Origin: Acidobacteriota bacterium
GTDB taxonomy: Bacteria > Acidobacteriota > Thermoanaerobaculia > Thermoanaerobaculales > Sulfomarinibacteraceae
Length of the DNA: 64,000 nucleotides
Assembly: GCA_013152895.1 (NCBI GenBank)
Contig: JAADFN010000181.1
Coordinates: 1,143 to 65,142 of the forward strand
Direction: 5' to 3'
In this document: positions 45,971 to 54,077 of the stretch, piece by piece
How positions within the stretch are numbered: the stretch's first letter is position 1
Layout of the letters: every line of letters begins with the position of its first letter
Program-made: the position numbers and the translations under genes
The notes under the pieces: generated by a model
Told to the model about the DNA's origin: nothing
Databases searched by the model: none
The model's input: the letters and a program-made list of their open reading frames with translations, nothing else

Positions 45971-47085
45971 GCCCGGCGTTTCACAACCTGTTCGAGGGCC
46001 TCGGCATACGCGCACGCTGCGCTTGAGGGACCCAGGATATCGCCATCTTCGACCAGCGCCTGCGCGTGGCACCGGCCGCAGTACGCAAGCCTCGAACATG
46101 TGGCGCAACCGCGAAGGTCCTGGCGCCGGATCTTGCGGAGCTTCGCAAGCCACGGCGACGTCTCCCAGATCTCCCGAAAGCTCATCTCGTTGATATTTCC
46201 CGATGAAGCAGGAAGGACATTGCACGCCAACACGTCTCCAGAAGGGGTAATGTTGGCGTACCGCACGCCCGCAGCGCAGAGTGGCCCGTCGCCGGCTGGT
46301 TGTTCGGCGTCATCGATCTCGCACCCGGTCTCCGGACCACCCCTGCCCAGCTGCACGGCATCTTCCGGGGCGAGGCGGAGCTTCAGCGGATCGGTGTTTC
46401 CATCCTTCCGGGCGAAGATTTTCGTATAGACCTTCGCCGGAACGTCGAGCTCCCCGGCAAGCTCGGGGACCGAGCTGCCACCATCGGGATTGAGAGTGGA
46501 GAGAGGAACGGTGAGCTCGACGGGGACGCCGCGCTCCCGTAACCGTGTGATGGCCGCGCGCACGGCCCTGAACGATCCCGGGATCGATGTGACGGCCTCG
46601 AAGACTGCTGGATCGCCGCTGTGGAAGCTGATCTCCGTCTGGAGGCCGAGCTCGGCGATACGATCGGCAGTCGGCTCATCGATCAGGGCGCCATTGGTGA
46701 GCAGCATGACCTGGAAGCCCAGGCTCCTCGCGTGCCTGGCGATCAGCGCCCAGTCTTTTCTCAGAAGCGGCTCGCCGCCCGTAAGCGCGAGGAAGAGCGT
46801 TCCCATGTCTGCGAGCTCATCCAGGAGGCGCATCAGACGTTCGGTTGAAACGCCGTTGGGAGCGTTGAAGTCCGGGATGTAGCAGTGACGGCAGCGGAAG
46901 TTGCAACGCCATGTCAGCTCGATGGAGATATCGAGCGGAATCAGCTCGCGAGCGGCCCGCTGGACCAGGCTGCGGAAGTGCGGCATGCCCTTGGTTTCGA
47001 TGCCCAGGTTTTCGGCCGTTCGCACGGGCACATGGCCCTGAGAGGCGCCCTCGTCGAAACGGTTCGTGCCGCGCGGGTCGCTCAT
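45967..47085 (-). CDS. Radical SAM/SPASM-domain peptide-modifying enzyme
   Basis: CNFRCRHC (CX3CX2C) and LTGGEPLL. SPASM-like C-terminus CAAGVRYANITPSGDVLAC...CATCSRLAYCGRC. The start at 47085 is in an ATGA overlap. An alternative start is 46986 (MPHFRSL). Confidence 0.85.
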   Translation of the reverse strand: MSDPRGTNRFDEGASQGHVPVRTAENLGIETKGMPHFRSLVQRAARELIPLDISIELTWRCNFRCRHCYIPDFNAPNGVSTERLMRLLDELADMGTLFLALTGGEPLLRKDWALIARHARSLGFQVMLLTNGALIDEPTADRIAELGLQTEISFHSGDPAVFEAVTSIPGSFRAVRAAITRLRERGVPVELTVPLSTLNPDGGSSVPELAGELDVPAKVYTKIFARKDGNTDPLKLRLAPEDAVQLGRGGPETGCEIDDAEQPAGDGPLCAAGVRYANITPSGDVLACNVLPASSGNINEMSFREIWETSPWLAKLRKIRRQDLRGCATCSRLAYCGRCHAQALVEDGDILGPSSAACAYAEALEQVVKRRA

Positions 47086-47819
47086 GCCGGGGCCGTGATC
47101 AGGTCCCATACCGACGGATCGGGGCGGAAGGCGAGGCGCCACACCGGGACCGAGGAGGCCAGCGCGCTCAACGTTTCAAAAGCGTCCGCAAATGCGGAGG
47201 CTTGCTCGACCGGCCAGTAGAAGTGACGCCGAAGCTCCCGGACGGCGCTGGGGGCGCCGAGCCGTGTCCGCACGTTTTCAGGACCGTGCTCCAACACAAA
47301 AACTCCGGCGAGCGGCGCATGGCCGGGACGTGCACGCCAGTAGGGGAGCGAGACGCCCTCGAAACCGCGAGTTGAAGCACGAACGAGGGCGAGCTCATCG
47401 CAGAGCGCGCGATCGCCACACAGGGCCGCAAGAGTGCTCTTGCCGCTCCCAGAGACGCCGCAACAAAGGTACCCGCGGTTTGCGTCCGTCAGGAGAGCCG
47501 CGTGGGCAACGATGGCCGGGGCGAGGAACTGTGGCAGCAGGTTTCTCAGGATACTGTCAACGTGATCGAGCGTGGCAGCCGTCCGCAGGGTGACGACACG
47601 GCCCGTCCCGTCCCACTCGACGGCCGGGCCGGCCTCTCCGGGTCGGTAAACGAGGATGGCGTCGGGCCCCGACGACGAGCTGCCGAATCCTTCGAACCGT
47701 CTTTTCAAGGCCCCGATTCGTGCCTCGTCGCCGGTACGAAACTCGATGGCAGCCCCGCCCATGTCAACTCGATGTGAGAACGTGCCCGGTAATTCGTCGG
47801 TGGGAAGGGGGGCGTTCAT
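47082..47819 (-). CDS. HPr-kinase-C-terminal-like P-loop protein (lasso-type precursor kinase candidate)
   Basis: Walker A CCGVSGSGKSTLAALCGDRALCDELALV resembles the HprK P-loop and following DD region. ATGA overlaps at both ends. Confidence 0.7.
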   Translation of the reverse strand: MNAPLPTDELPGTFSHRVDMGGAAIEFRTGDEARIGALKRRFEGFGSSSSGPDAILVYRPGEAGPAVEWDGTGRVVTLRTAATLDHVDSILRNLLPQFLAPAIVAHAALLTDANRGYLCCGVSGSGKSTLAALCGDRALCDELALVRASTRGFEGVSLPYWRARPGHAPLAGVFVLEHGPENVRTRLGAPSAVRELRRHFYWPVEQASAFADAFETLSALASSVPVWRLAFRPDPSVWDLITAPA

Positions 47820-48220
47820 GAATTCTGAGGATTTGTATTGCAGAGGTCACTGACGCCCGGTTGGAGAGCACAGGTTCCGGCAAACTGCCGAATCTCCTCC
47901 CGCCACTCGATCCGCGGTGCGGCCGCGCTCTCGGTGGTGTTCGGATCGGTTGGAAGACGACCCTCGAATTCGATCAGGCCTTCGCCGGCCAGATCCTTGA
48001 GAAAGGCGGCAAGATGTGATCGTGGAGTTTCGCCAACCCCGGCTTCGCTCAGCAGCAACCGCTCGAGATCTTCGAATTCGGCAGGCGTGGCGAGGGCGTT
48101 CCACACTCTGCCTGCAGTGACATTGAGCCCGTACATCTGCTTCCGTGACAAGTGGACAATGACCGTTTCTCCGCCGACATTCCTCCAGGCAAGGCCCTCC
48201 GCCCTCCGGATCCTTTCCAT
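47816..48220 (-). CDS. PqqD-family RiPP recognition element (lasso B1-like) with a 47-aa C-terminal tail
   Basis: The ATG at 48220 lies 6 nt after GGAGGGAGGA. LAWRNVGGETVIVHLSRKQMYGLNVTAGRVWNAL...LKDLAGEGLIE is PqqD-like. The tail is TDPNTTESAAAPRIEWREEIRQFAGTCALQPGVSDLCNTNPQNS. Confidence 0.7.
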   Translation of the reverse strand: MERIRRAEGLAWRNVGGETVIVHLSRKQMYGLNVTAGRVWNALATPAEFEDLERLLLSEAGVGETPRSHLAAFLKDLAGEGLIEFEGRLPTDPNTTESAAAPRIEWREEIRQFAGTCALQPGVSDLCNTNPQNS

Positions 48221-48286
48221 CCTCGATCCTCCCTCCATCTTCAAGCTCTACTCGTTATGCGTCTGCCCATCCCCCCGGCGAGGGCG

Positions 48287-48841
48287 TTACTGCACGATAA
48301 AAAAGTACGTCGGGTCGGGACAGGGCTTTCGCATCCCATCCATCTGGATCTCAACTTTCCATCGCCCGTAGAGCGAGCTCGTCACGATACTCGATCCCGC
48401 GACTGGCAACCGGACATTTATTGAATCGTAGAGAACATTGTTGTATTTCAGCGCCTGTGGCGCCTTGATCCGGACGGGATACGGGTACCCGGCCAGCCGT
48501 CGGCTTCCCATCGGCGTGTGTCCTTTTTGCGGCGCCACGGGGACGTTGAGCGTCTGGTACAGGTGGCCGCGCGGCGTATAGACCTTGAGCGTCACCACGT
48601 GGTTCTTGTCGAGCTTGCCCTGGAACAACACGTGAAACACGAGATCCGTCGTCCGTGTGGCCGAGAAACGATTCCGGCTGAGCTGCGCCGGGGTATCCAC
48701 GGCGGTGACGATGACCTGGGGGCAGGTCGATGCCGGTGGCCCAACGTAGCCGTGAACCTGCGTCTGAGCGAAGAGCGGGACACCGGAAAGAACCATGACG
48801 CCTGTCACAACAAGCGCAGAGCGAAGTGAACGGTATTTCAT
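48287..48841 (-). CDS. Secreted protein of unknown function (184 aa)
   Basis: Signal peptide MKYRSLRSALVVTGVMVLSGVPLFAQ. It starts 9 nt downstream of the giant gene's stop. Beta-rich sequence, no recognised motif. Confidence 0.6.
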   Translation of the reverse strand: MKYRSLRSALVVTGVMVLSGVPLFAQTQVHGYVGPPASTCPQVIVTAVDTPAQLSRNRFSATRTTDLVFHVLFQGKLDKNHVVTLKVYTPRGHLYQTLNVPVAPQKGHTPMGSRRLAGYPYPVRIKAPQALKYNNVLYDSINVRLPVAGSSIVTSSLYGRWKVEIQMDGMRKPCPDPTYFFIVQ

Positions 48842-48850
48842 GGCGCCTCC

Positions 48851-51800
48851 TTACTGAAGCGGTACCTGGACGCCATACACGGCGCCCGATTCAGAGCCGA
48901 CATAGAGTGTGCTGTTGACGTGGTCGTATGCGGGACTGCCGATCGTCGCCGAGCCATCTCCGAGCGTGACCGACGTGACGACGCTTCCATCCGCTGCGCT
49001 GAGCTGGTAGAGCTTGCCGTCGCTCGATCCGGCGTAGAGATAGGTGGGGTCGGCTCCGAAAACATGTAGAGGAATCGACGGTGAGGCGACACTGGTCTGT
49101 TTCCAGCCGAGGCTGGCGGAGCTTCCATCGTCCGTGATCGCCCAGATGTCGTTCGTCGTCGAGAAGTAGAGCCGACGCGGCGTCGACTGCGTGAACTGCG
49201 GAATGACATAGCCCTTGACCGGTCCATCGTCCGTGGCGTATGACCAGATCGTGTGCCCGTCAGCCGGATCGATCGCGTACACGATGCCGGAGTTGTTCCC
49301 GACATAGATCCGCCCGCCGTACAGGATCGGTGCGCCATCGATGTCACCGAGCGCCACCGACCAGACCTTCGTCAAGCTCGTTCCGTCGAAGCTCAGGCAC
49401 CACAAGGTGTCCTTCGATCCACCGGTCGAGCTTTCGCGGCTGGCGAAGTAGAGCCGGTTCGAGGCGTAGTCCACGCTGGCCGCCGACGAGATGATGCCAA
49501 TCCCGTTTGAACCACCGCCGTTATTGAAGCTGGTGATCGTGCTCCCGTCCGACGGATCGAGCATGTACATCGCGTTGTCCGCCGTTGCATCACGGGATCC
49601 GGCGAAGAGGACGCTCCAGCTTCCCCCAAAGTCGGTAAACATCCCGGCGGGGGACGCCAGCAGGATGTTTGAGAGCTGTGCGCTTTGCCAGAGGGTCACG
49701 CCGGTCTCGGCATTGACGGCGTAGACGTGGCCGTCCTCGGAACCGAGAAACACGACCATGGACGCGCCCGAGACGACGCTGGTCGGCACGACCGGCGGCC
49801 GGGCTTCTGCCGGGCCGTTCATCGCCATCGGCTTCCACGAATAGCTGCCGGTCCGCGGCCATGTGCCCCCGGAATCCCCGGGGTTCATCCCGTGCAGGAC
49901 ACGATCGTTCGAGACGGCCCACGTCGCGCCCGTCCCGATCGCCCCGGGATACACGCCGTTCGGCGCCAGCGCAGTGGCCTCCGAGTTGTAGACCCACTTG
50001 ACCTTGCCCGACGTGTCGAACGGTCTGGCTGTGACCGTCTTGGCGGACGAGAAGTTACCCGCGCCATCGTCCACGAAGGCGGTGTAATAGTACGTCGTTC
50101 CGTTGGTCAGCCCCGTGTCGGTGTAGCTGTCGTACGCTCCGAGGCTTCCGGCCTGGCTGACGATCGGTGTACACGTTGACTCGTCGGGGTAGGCCGACGT
50201 GTCGCGGCAGATTTTCGTCGATCCGTACACTCCGGTGGACGGGTTGACCCACTCGAGCGTGACCTGGCCGGAAGTCGCCCGGGCCGTGAAGCTCTGGAGC
50301 GGATCCGACGTCCCGGAGCTGCAGGTCGAGCCGGACAAGTTGGTTACCGAGACATCATCGATCAGCCATCCCACATAGGTGTTGTAATAGGAGTCCACTG
50401 AATCAAAGGTAAACCGAATGATCATATCGCTGGGAGATGATGGTGGAGATAGCGCGATGTCTCCCGACGCGGTCCACGCTGCGCCTGACGCATCGGCACA
50501 ATCCTTGTACCAGACCTGGTTCCAGGTCGTTCCTCCATCGTACGAGACGTCTACCTTCGTGATGTCATAGCCTCCGCTCGAATAACTTTCGACTTGCCGC
50601 CAGTATTCGAAGCTCAAGAGTGACGACGATGTGACGCCGGAGATTGTCGGCGACGTCAACGTGCCGGTGGTTGTTGCCCCGGTGTCGTAGTCGCAGCTCG
50701 AGTCCTGGCCGTAGTACCACGCATGCGTTCCCGACGTGGCCGGGGGACTGACACAACCGGTGCTGTTGACCTCGTGCCACAGCCCTCCGCTCGCGGTCCA
50801 TCCCGTCGATCCCGATTCGAAGTCTTCGGTCCAGGTGGTGTTGCCGGCCACTCCGCTCTTTTCGATCGTGTTGGCATCCTCGAAGCCGCCGTTGCAGGCA
50901 CCGCCATGCCCGACCGACGAGTCTTCGGCCCGAACGATGTAGTAGTACGTCGTGCCTCCGGCGACCGTCGTGTCTTCGTAATAGAGGTTCGTCACGCAGC
51001 TCGCCATGAGGGTGGACGAGTCAGGCGTGAAGCCGGACGTCGTGGATCGGTAGATGTTGTAGACGATCGAGGTACCGGTGGCGCAGTTCGACGTCGCGGC
51101 GTTCCACTCGAGCTTGAGGCCGCAGGTGCTGCCGGCCATTACGGTCACCGATTGGAGACCGTCGAACGTCGGTGGCGCACCCACGTTGTCGACGGCGGAT
51201 GCCGTGGTTCCGCCGTCGGTGGCGCACCCGTACCCGTTCGTCGCCTGGATACCGTAACTGTACGTTGTGCCGTTCGTGCCGGTCGTGTCGACGTACGAGG
51301 TCGTCGTTTCGGAAACATCGCTGGCGATCGCGCTGCCGCCGCGCAGGACGGAAAAGCTCCGGGTTCCAGATCCCCCGTCGTTCCAGGTCGCGGGCGTGTT
51401 CCATGTCAGGACGACGCCTGTGTCGTCGCATGCGTCACGGTCGGTTGCGGTCTGGATCCCGCCGAACGCGAACGAGTGGTCCGCGTCGGCCCCCGAGGTT
51501 CCCGCCGACCATGCGCTCGTGTTGCTGCAATTGTCGTTGACCGCCTGGACCGTGTAGGTGTGCGTTGCCGCATCGCCAGGCGTGTCCGTGTAGCTCGTTG
51601 CCGTGACCCCGGTCGCCACCGTGGTGCCATCGCGAGCCACGTTGTACGAGGTGGCGTTCGCCGCGGCGCTCCACGATACGCCGATACCGCTTGCAGCGCA
51701 CACCGAGATATCGCTCACGCTCGGTGCTGATGGCGTTGCCGGGAAGGCATCGGCGTCCGAAGCGGATGTCGCCGCCGACCACGCACCGGTGCAGGTCGAG

Positions 51801-54004
51801 TTGGTGCCGCGCACCTGGTAGGTATGGGAGGCCGAGTCGCCCGGGTTGTACGAGTACGGACTGCTCACGTTGGTGATCGTTGTCGTTCCGTCGATCAGCA
51901 GGTCGTACGCCGTCGCGCCGGTGACGGAGGTCCAACTGACCGTGACGCCTGTCTGTGCGCACTGGTCATCATCGCTGACGGACGGCGCCGCCGGCGTTGC
52001 GGGGGAGTCGTCTGCATCCGTGAAGCTCTGGGCGGCGCTGTCGGTGTAGCAGGTGTCGTCGAGCGCGCGAATAACGTAGCTATGAGAATTGGTATCGCCG
52101 GGGTTGTACAGGTCTCCCGAGGCGTAGTTGCTGACCGCAAGTGCGCCGTCAACGTAAAGATCGTGGCTCGTTGCGCCTGAGCCTGCCGTGTAGTTGACGT
52201 GTACGCCGTCCTGGGCGCACGCGCTGTTGTCTGTAATCGAGGTGATGACCGGCTGCCCCGGATCGGTGCATACGGCGCAGTCGGAGTACTTGAACGATGC
52301 GATGCGGGTGTGCCACTGGAAGTCACCGGTCGCGGTGTAATACTCCTGGGTGTACCAGAACGTGCAGTCATCGGAAGGGTCAATGCTCATCGAGGAGTAA
52401 TCACCCCATCGGCTGTGACCATCCTGCGAGCCGGTACCGTCCACAATCGACGATTCTGCCTGGGTCATCTCGTTCAGCGTATCGCCAGCGAGCCTTCCCG
52501 TGTAGTAAATCGAGGGGTACACGGATGAGCTGGACGCGCTGTATCCAAGCGCCATGTTCCCCATGTGATCCATCGCGATCGATCCCATCCAACGTGAAGT
52601 ACCGTCAGGTTCGTACGTTCCTGACTGGTAGATCGTGGGTGTTCCACCGGGATCCCTGATCTCATACCACCTGATGGCACTGTCGGCAGACGAGCCCGTG
52701 ACCGAGTGATTGACCACGAGCGACTCGTGATCGCCCGGGAAGTTCCGGTAGGCGAGGCGGTACATCATCCGGTCTGCCAGCGAATCCAGCTGCTGGGTGA
52801 CGCCCGGTTGTGCGATGCACGTGCCACCACTGCACGCTTCACTGAAGCTTGCGACGGTGAGTGTGGTCGGCCCCGTGAAGGTAGAATTGCTCGAATTGCT
52901 CCAGTCGATATGAAGCTTCCAGAAGAGCAGGCTCTGGCCGTCGCCTCCTTTTGCGACGACGTATTCCGGCGACCCCGAAGGCGGCTCGTTCGGTCCCTCC
53001 ATGTCGGCCGGCAGCAGGCCACCGTAGCTCGAATAGGGCCCAAAGCACTGGGTCACGGCGTTGGCATCGCCGTTGATCATCGCGGTACGGTCGTACGCGC
53101 AGATTTCGCCTCCGTCCCAGGTTTGGCCGTTGGCAAACATGTTGTACGTAATGTAGTACCCGTCCGGCCAGACTCCCATCTTGGGATAGTCGTTGAAGTC
53201 GGAGAAAGTATACTCGTAGAGGTACCAGGATCCGGTGGGATCGGACGTCTGGGAAACAGCGATACATTGATAATAGTTTGTCTTGTCATCGGTTTGCGAG
53301 ACCGCGAACTGCGTCATGATCCACCGGTTCGCCATTTGATCGTACTCGACGATCGGGTCGCCATCGTTGTCGTCGGCGCACTCGTTACCCGAGCCGAGGC
53401 TGCTCCAGAGGGTGTTCCCAGCGGCAGGTCCGTATGCGACGCTGGCATCGGACTTGTTGAAAATCGTGAACATCGTATTCGTCCACTGAACGTAGTAGTT
53501 CAGGCCGACGTCACCCTCAGTGTCTGGTGGTTCACTTGCGATCGTATAGCCGGACAGGCCATCCCCGCCACCTTCGAAGTTCAAGATCGGCGCCGGCATC
53601 AGCCTGGTACCCGGGGTCGTCTGGTCCGTGTAATGCAACTTGGAAGGTGGTGCTCCACCACCTTTGACCGCGTTCGGTGGCATGTTGATGCCCTCGGGAA
53701 GCTCGTGTTCCGGCATGAGGCGGATTTTCTTCGCAACAGGGAGCGGCTTGATGGTGCGCAGCGGGGGAGTCACGGCAAACGCGACGGGCCTGTAGACCGT
53801 GGCACCCTGCTTTTCCGGGGGGCTTGAGCCGTGCCACTGTGCATTGACGACCGGGACCGCGCCGAGCAGCAAAAGCCCTGGAAGGACGGCTAGCCCGAGC
53901 CATCGGCGAACCTGCGAACCCATCGCATGAGCGTCCGGATTCGTCTGAGGTCCCCCAGGCGCATGATTATCCCTCGACCCCCGTGTATTCTTGGATTCCA
54001 ACAT
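48851..54004 (-). CDS. Giant secreted multidomain protein (1717 aa): N-terminal unknown domain, tandem Fn3/Ig-like modules, a jelly-roll (MAM-like) domain and a C-terminal PQQ/BamB-like beta-propeller
   Basis: The ATG at 54004 follows GGAGGGG. Signal region SQVRRWLGLAVLPGLLLLGAVPVVNAQ. Propeller blades VYAVNAETGVTLWQS, VYAIDPADGHTIWSY and LYQLSAADGSVVTS. Jelly-roll region WTEDFESGSTGWTASGGLWH...GWLIDDVSV. Confidence 0.85.
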   Translation of the reverse strand: MLESKNTRGSRDNHAPGGPQTNPDAHAMGSQVRRWLGLAVLPGLLLLGAVPVVNAQWHGSSPPEKQGATVYRPVAFAVTPPLRTIKPLPVAKKIRLMPEHELPEGINMPPNAVKGGGAPPSKLHYTDQTTPGTRLMPAPILNFEGGGDGLSGYTIASEPPDTEGDVGLNYYVQWTNTMFTIFNKSDASVAYGPAAGNTLWSSLGSGNECADDNDGDPIVEYDQMANRWIMTQFAVSQTDDKTNYYQCIAVSQTSDPTGSWYLYEYTFSDFNDYPKMGVWPDGYYITYNMFANGQTWDGGEICAYDRTAMINGDANAVTQCFGPYSSYGGLLPADMEGPNEPPSGSPEYVVAKGGDGQSLLFWKLHIDWSNSSNSTFTGPTTLTVASFSEACSGGTCIAQPGVTQQLDSLADRMMYRLAYRNFPGDHESLVVNHSVTGSSADSAIRWYEIRDPGGTPTIYQSGTYEPDGTSRWMGSIAMDHMGNMALGYSASSSSVYPSIYYTGRLAGDTLNEMTQAESSIVDGTGSQDGHSRWGDYSSMSIDPSDDCTFWYTQEYYTATGDFQWHTRIASFKYSDCAVCTDPGQPVITSITDNSACAQDGVHVNYTAGSGATSHDLYVDGALAVSNYASGDLYNPGDTNSHSYVIRALDDTCYTDSAAQSFTDADDSPATPAAPSVSDDDQCAQTGVTVSWTSVTGATAYDLLIDGTTTITNVSSPYSYNPGDSASHTYQVRGTNSTCTGAWSAATSASDADAFPATPSAPSVSDISVCAASGIGVSWSAAANATSYNVARDGTTVATGVTATSYTDTPGDAATHTYTVQAVNDNCSNTSAWSAGTSGADADHSFAFGGIQTATDRDACDDTGVVLTWNTPATWNDGGSGTRSFSVLRGGSAIASDVSETTTSYVDTTGTNGTTYSYGIQATNGYGCATDGGTTASAVDNVGAPPTFDGLQSVTVMAGSTCGLKLEWNAATSNCATGTSIVYNIYRSTTSGFTPDSSTLMASCVTNLYYEDTTVAGGTTYYYIVRAEDSSVGHGGACNGGFEDANTIEKSGVAGNTTWTEDFESGSTGWTASGGLWHEVNSTGCVSPPATSGTHAWYYGQDSSCDYDTGATTTGTLTSPTISGVTSSSLLSFEYWRQVESYSSGGYDITKVDVSYDGGTTWNQVWYKDCADASGAAWTASGDIALSPPSSPSDMIIRFTFDSVDSYYNTYVGWLIDDVSVTNLSGSTCSSGTSDPLQSFTARATSGQVTLEWVNPSTGVYGSTKICRDTSAYPDESTCTPIVSQAGSLGAYDSYTDTGLTNGTTYYYTAFVDDGAGNFSSAKTVTARPFDTSGKVKWVYNSEATALAPNGVYPGAIGTGATWAVSNDRVLHGMNPGDSGGTWPRTGSYSWKPMAMNGPAEARPPVVPTSVVSGASMVVFLGSEDGHVYAVNAETGVTLWQSAQLSNILLASPAGMFTDFGGSWSVLFAGSRDATADNAMYMLDPSDGSTITSFNNGGGSNGIGIISSAASVDYASNRLYFASRESSTGGSKDTLWCLSFDGTSLTKVWSVALGDIDGAPILYGGRIYVGNNSGIVYAIDPADGHTIWSYATDDGPVKGYVIPQFTQSTPRRLYFSTTNDIWAITDDGSSASLGWKQTSVASPSIPLHVFGADPTYLYAGSSDGKLYQLSAADGSVVTSVTLGDGSATIGSPAYDHVNSTLYVGSESGAVYGVQVPLQ
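50851..52261 (-). repeat. Protein-level tandem repeat: about five Fn3/Ig-like modules inside the giant CDS
   Basis: Recurring pattern C(A)..G(V).V.W....GATsYdL..DG......S.YsY.PGD...HTY.V.a.N..C (for example CAQTGVTVSWTSVTGATAYDLLIDG..., CAASGIGVSWSAAANATSYNVARDG...). It spans residues ~590-1060 counted from the track ORF. Confidence 0.7.
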
Positions 54005-54048
54005 GTTCCCCTCCAGTCCCAAAACCAAGGCAAGTCTCTCTTATCATC

Positions 54049-54077
54049 TATATAGCATCTCACGGGACTCGGTGCAA
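54049..54077 (-). promoter_or_regulatory. Candidate sigma70-type promoter for the giant-protein/RiPP unit
   Basis: Minus strand reads TTGCAC (54077-54072), a 17-nt spacer, then TATATA (54054-54049). It lies ~45 nt upstream of the ATG at 54004, in a visibly AT-richer divergent intergenic region. Confidence 0.35.

Noticed and set aside
46986-47085. The 33-codon stretch MSDPRGTNRFDEGASQGHVPVRTAENLGIETKG between the kinase stop and the canonical rSAM N-terminus, considered as a separate precursor peptide.
   Set aside because: It is in frame with the radical SAM gene with no intervening stop, so it cannot be a stand-alone peptide. It only makes the rSAM start ambiguous (47085 vs 46986).
48241-48270. 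A 9-codon mini-ORF (MGRRITSRA) in the only gap upstream of the RRE gene, considered as a possible RiPP precursor.
   Set aside because: It is too short, has no ribosome-binding site, and has no Cys, Asp, Glu or terminal Ser features. The SD-like GGAGGGAGGA in this gap serves the RRE start at 48220.
45551-54004. I searched near the RiPP genes for an asparagine-synthetase-like lasso cyclase, an ABC exporter or an isopeptidase.
   Set aside because: No ORF in this region, or anywhere else in the window, shows Asn-synthetase (SGGxDS), ABC (Walker A + LSGGQ) or prolyl-oligopeptidase motifs. The absence is reported as part of the finding, not as a feature.
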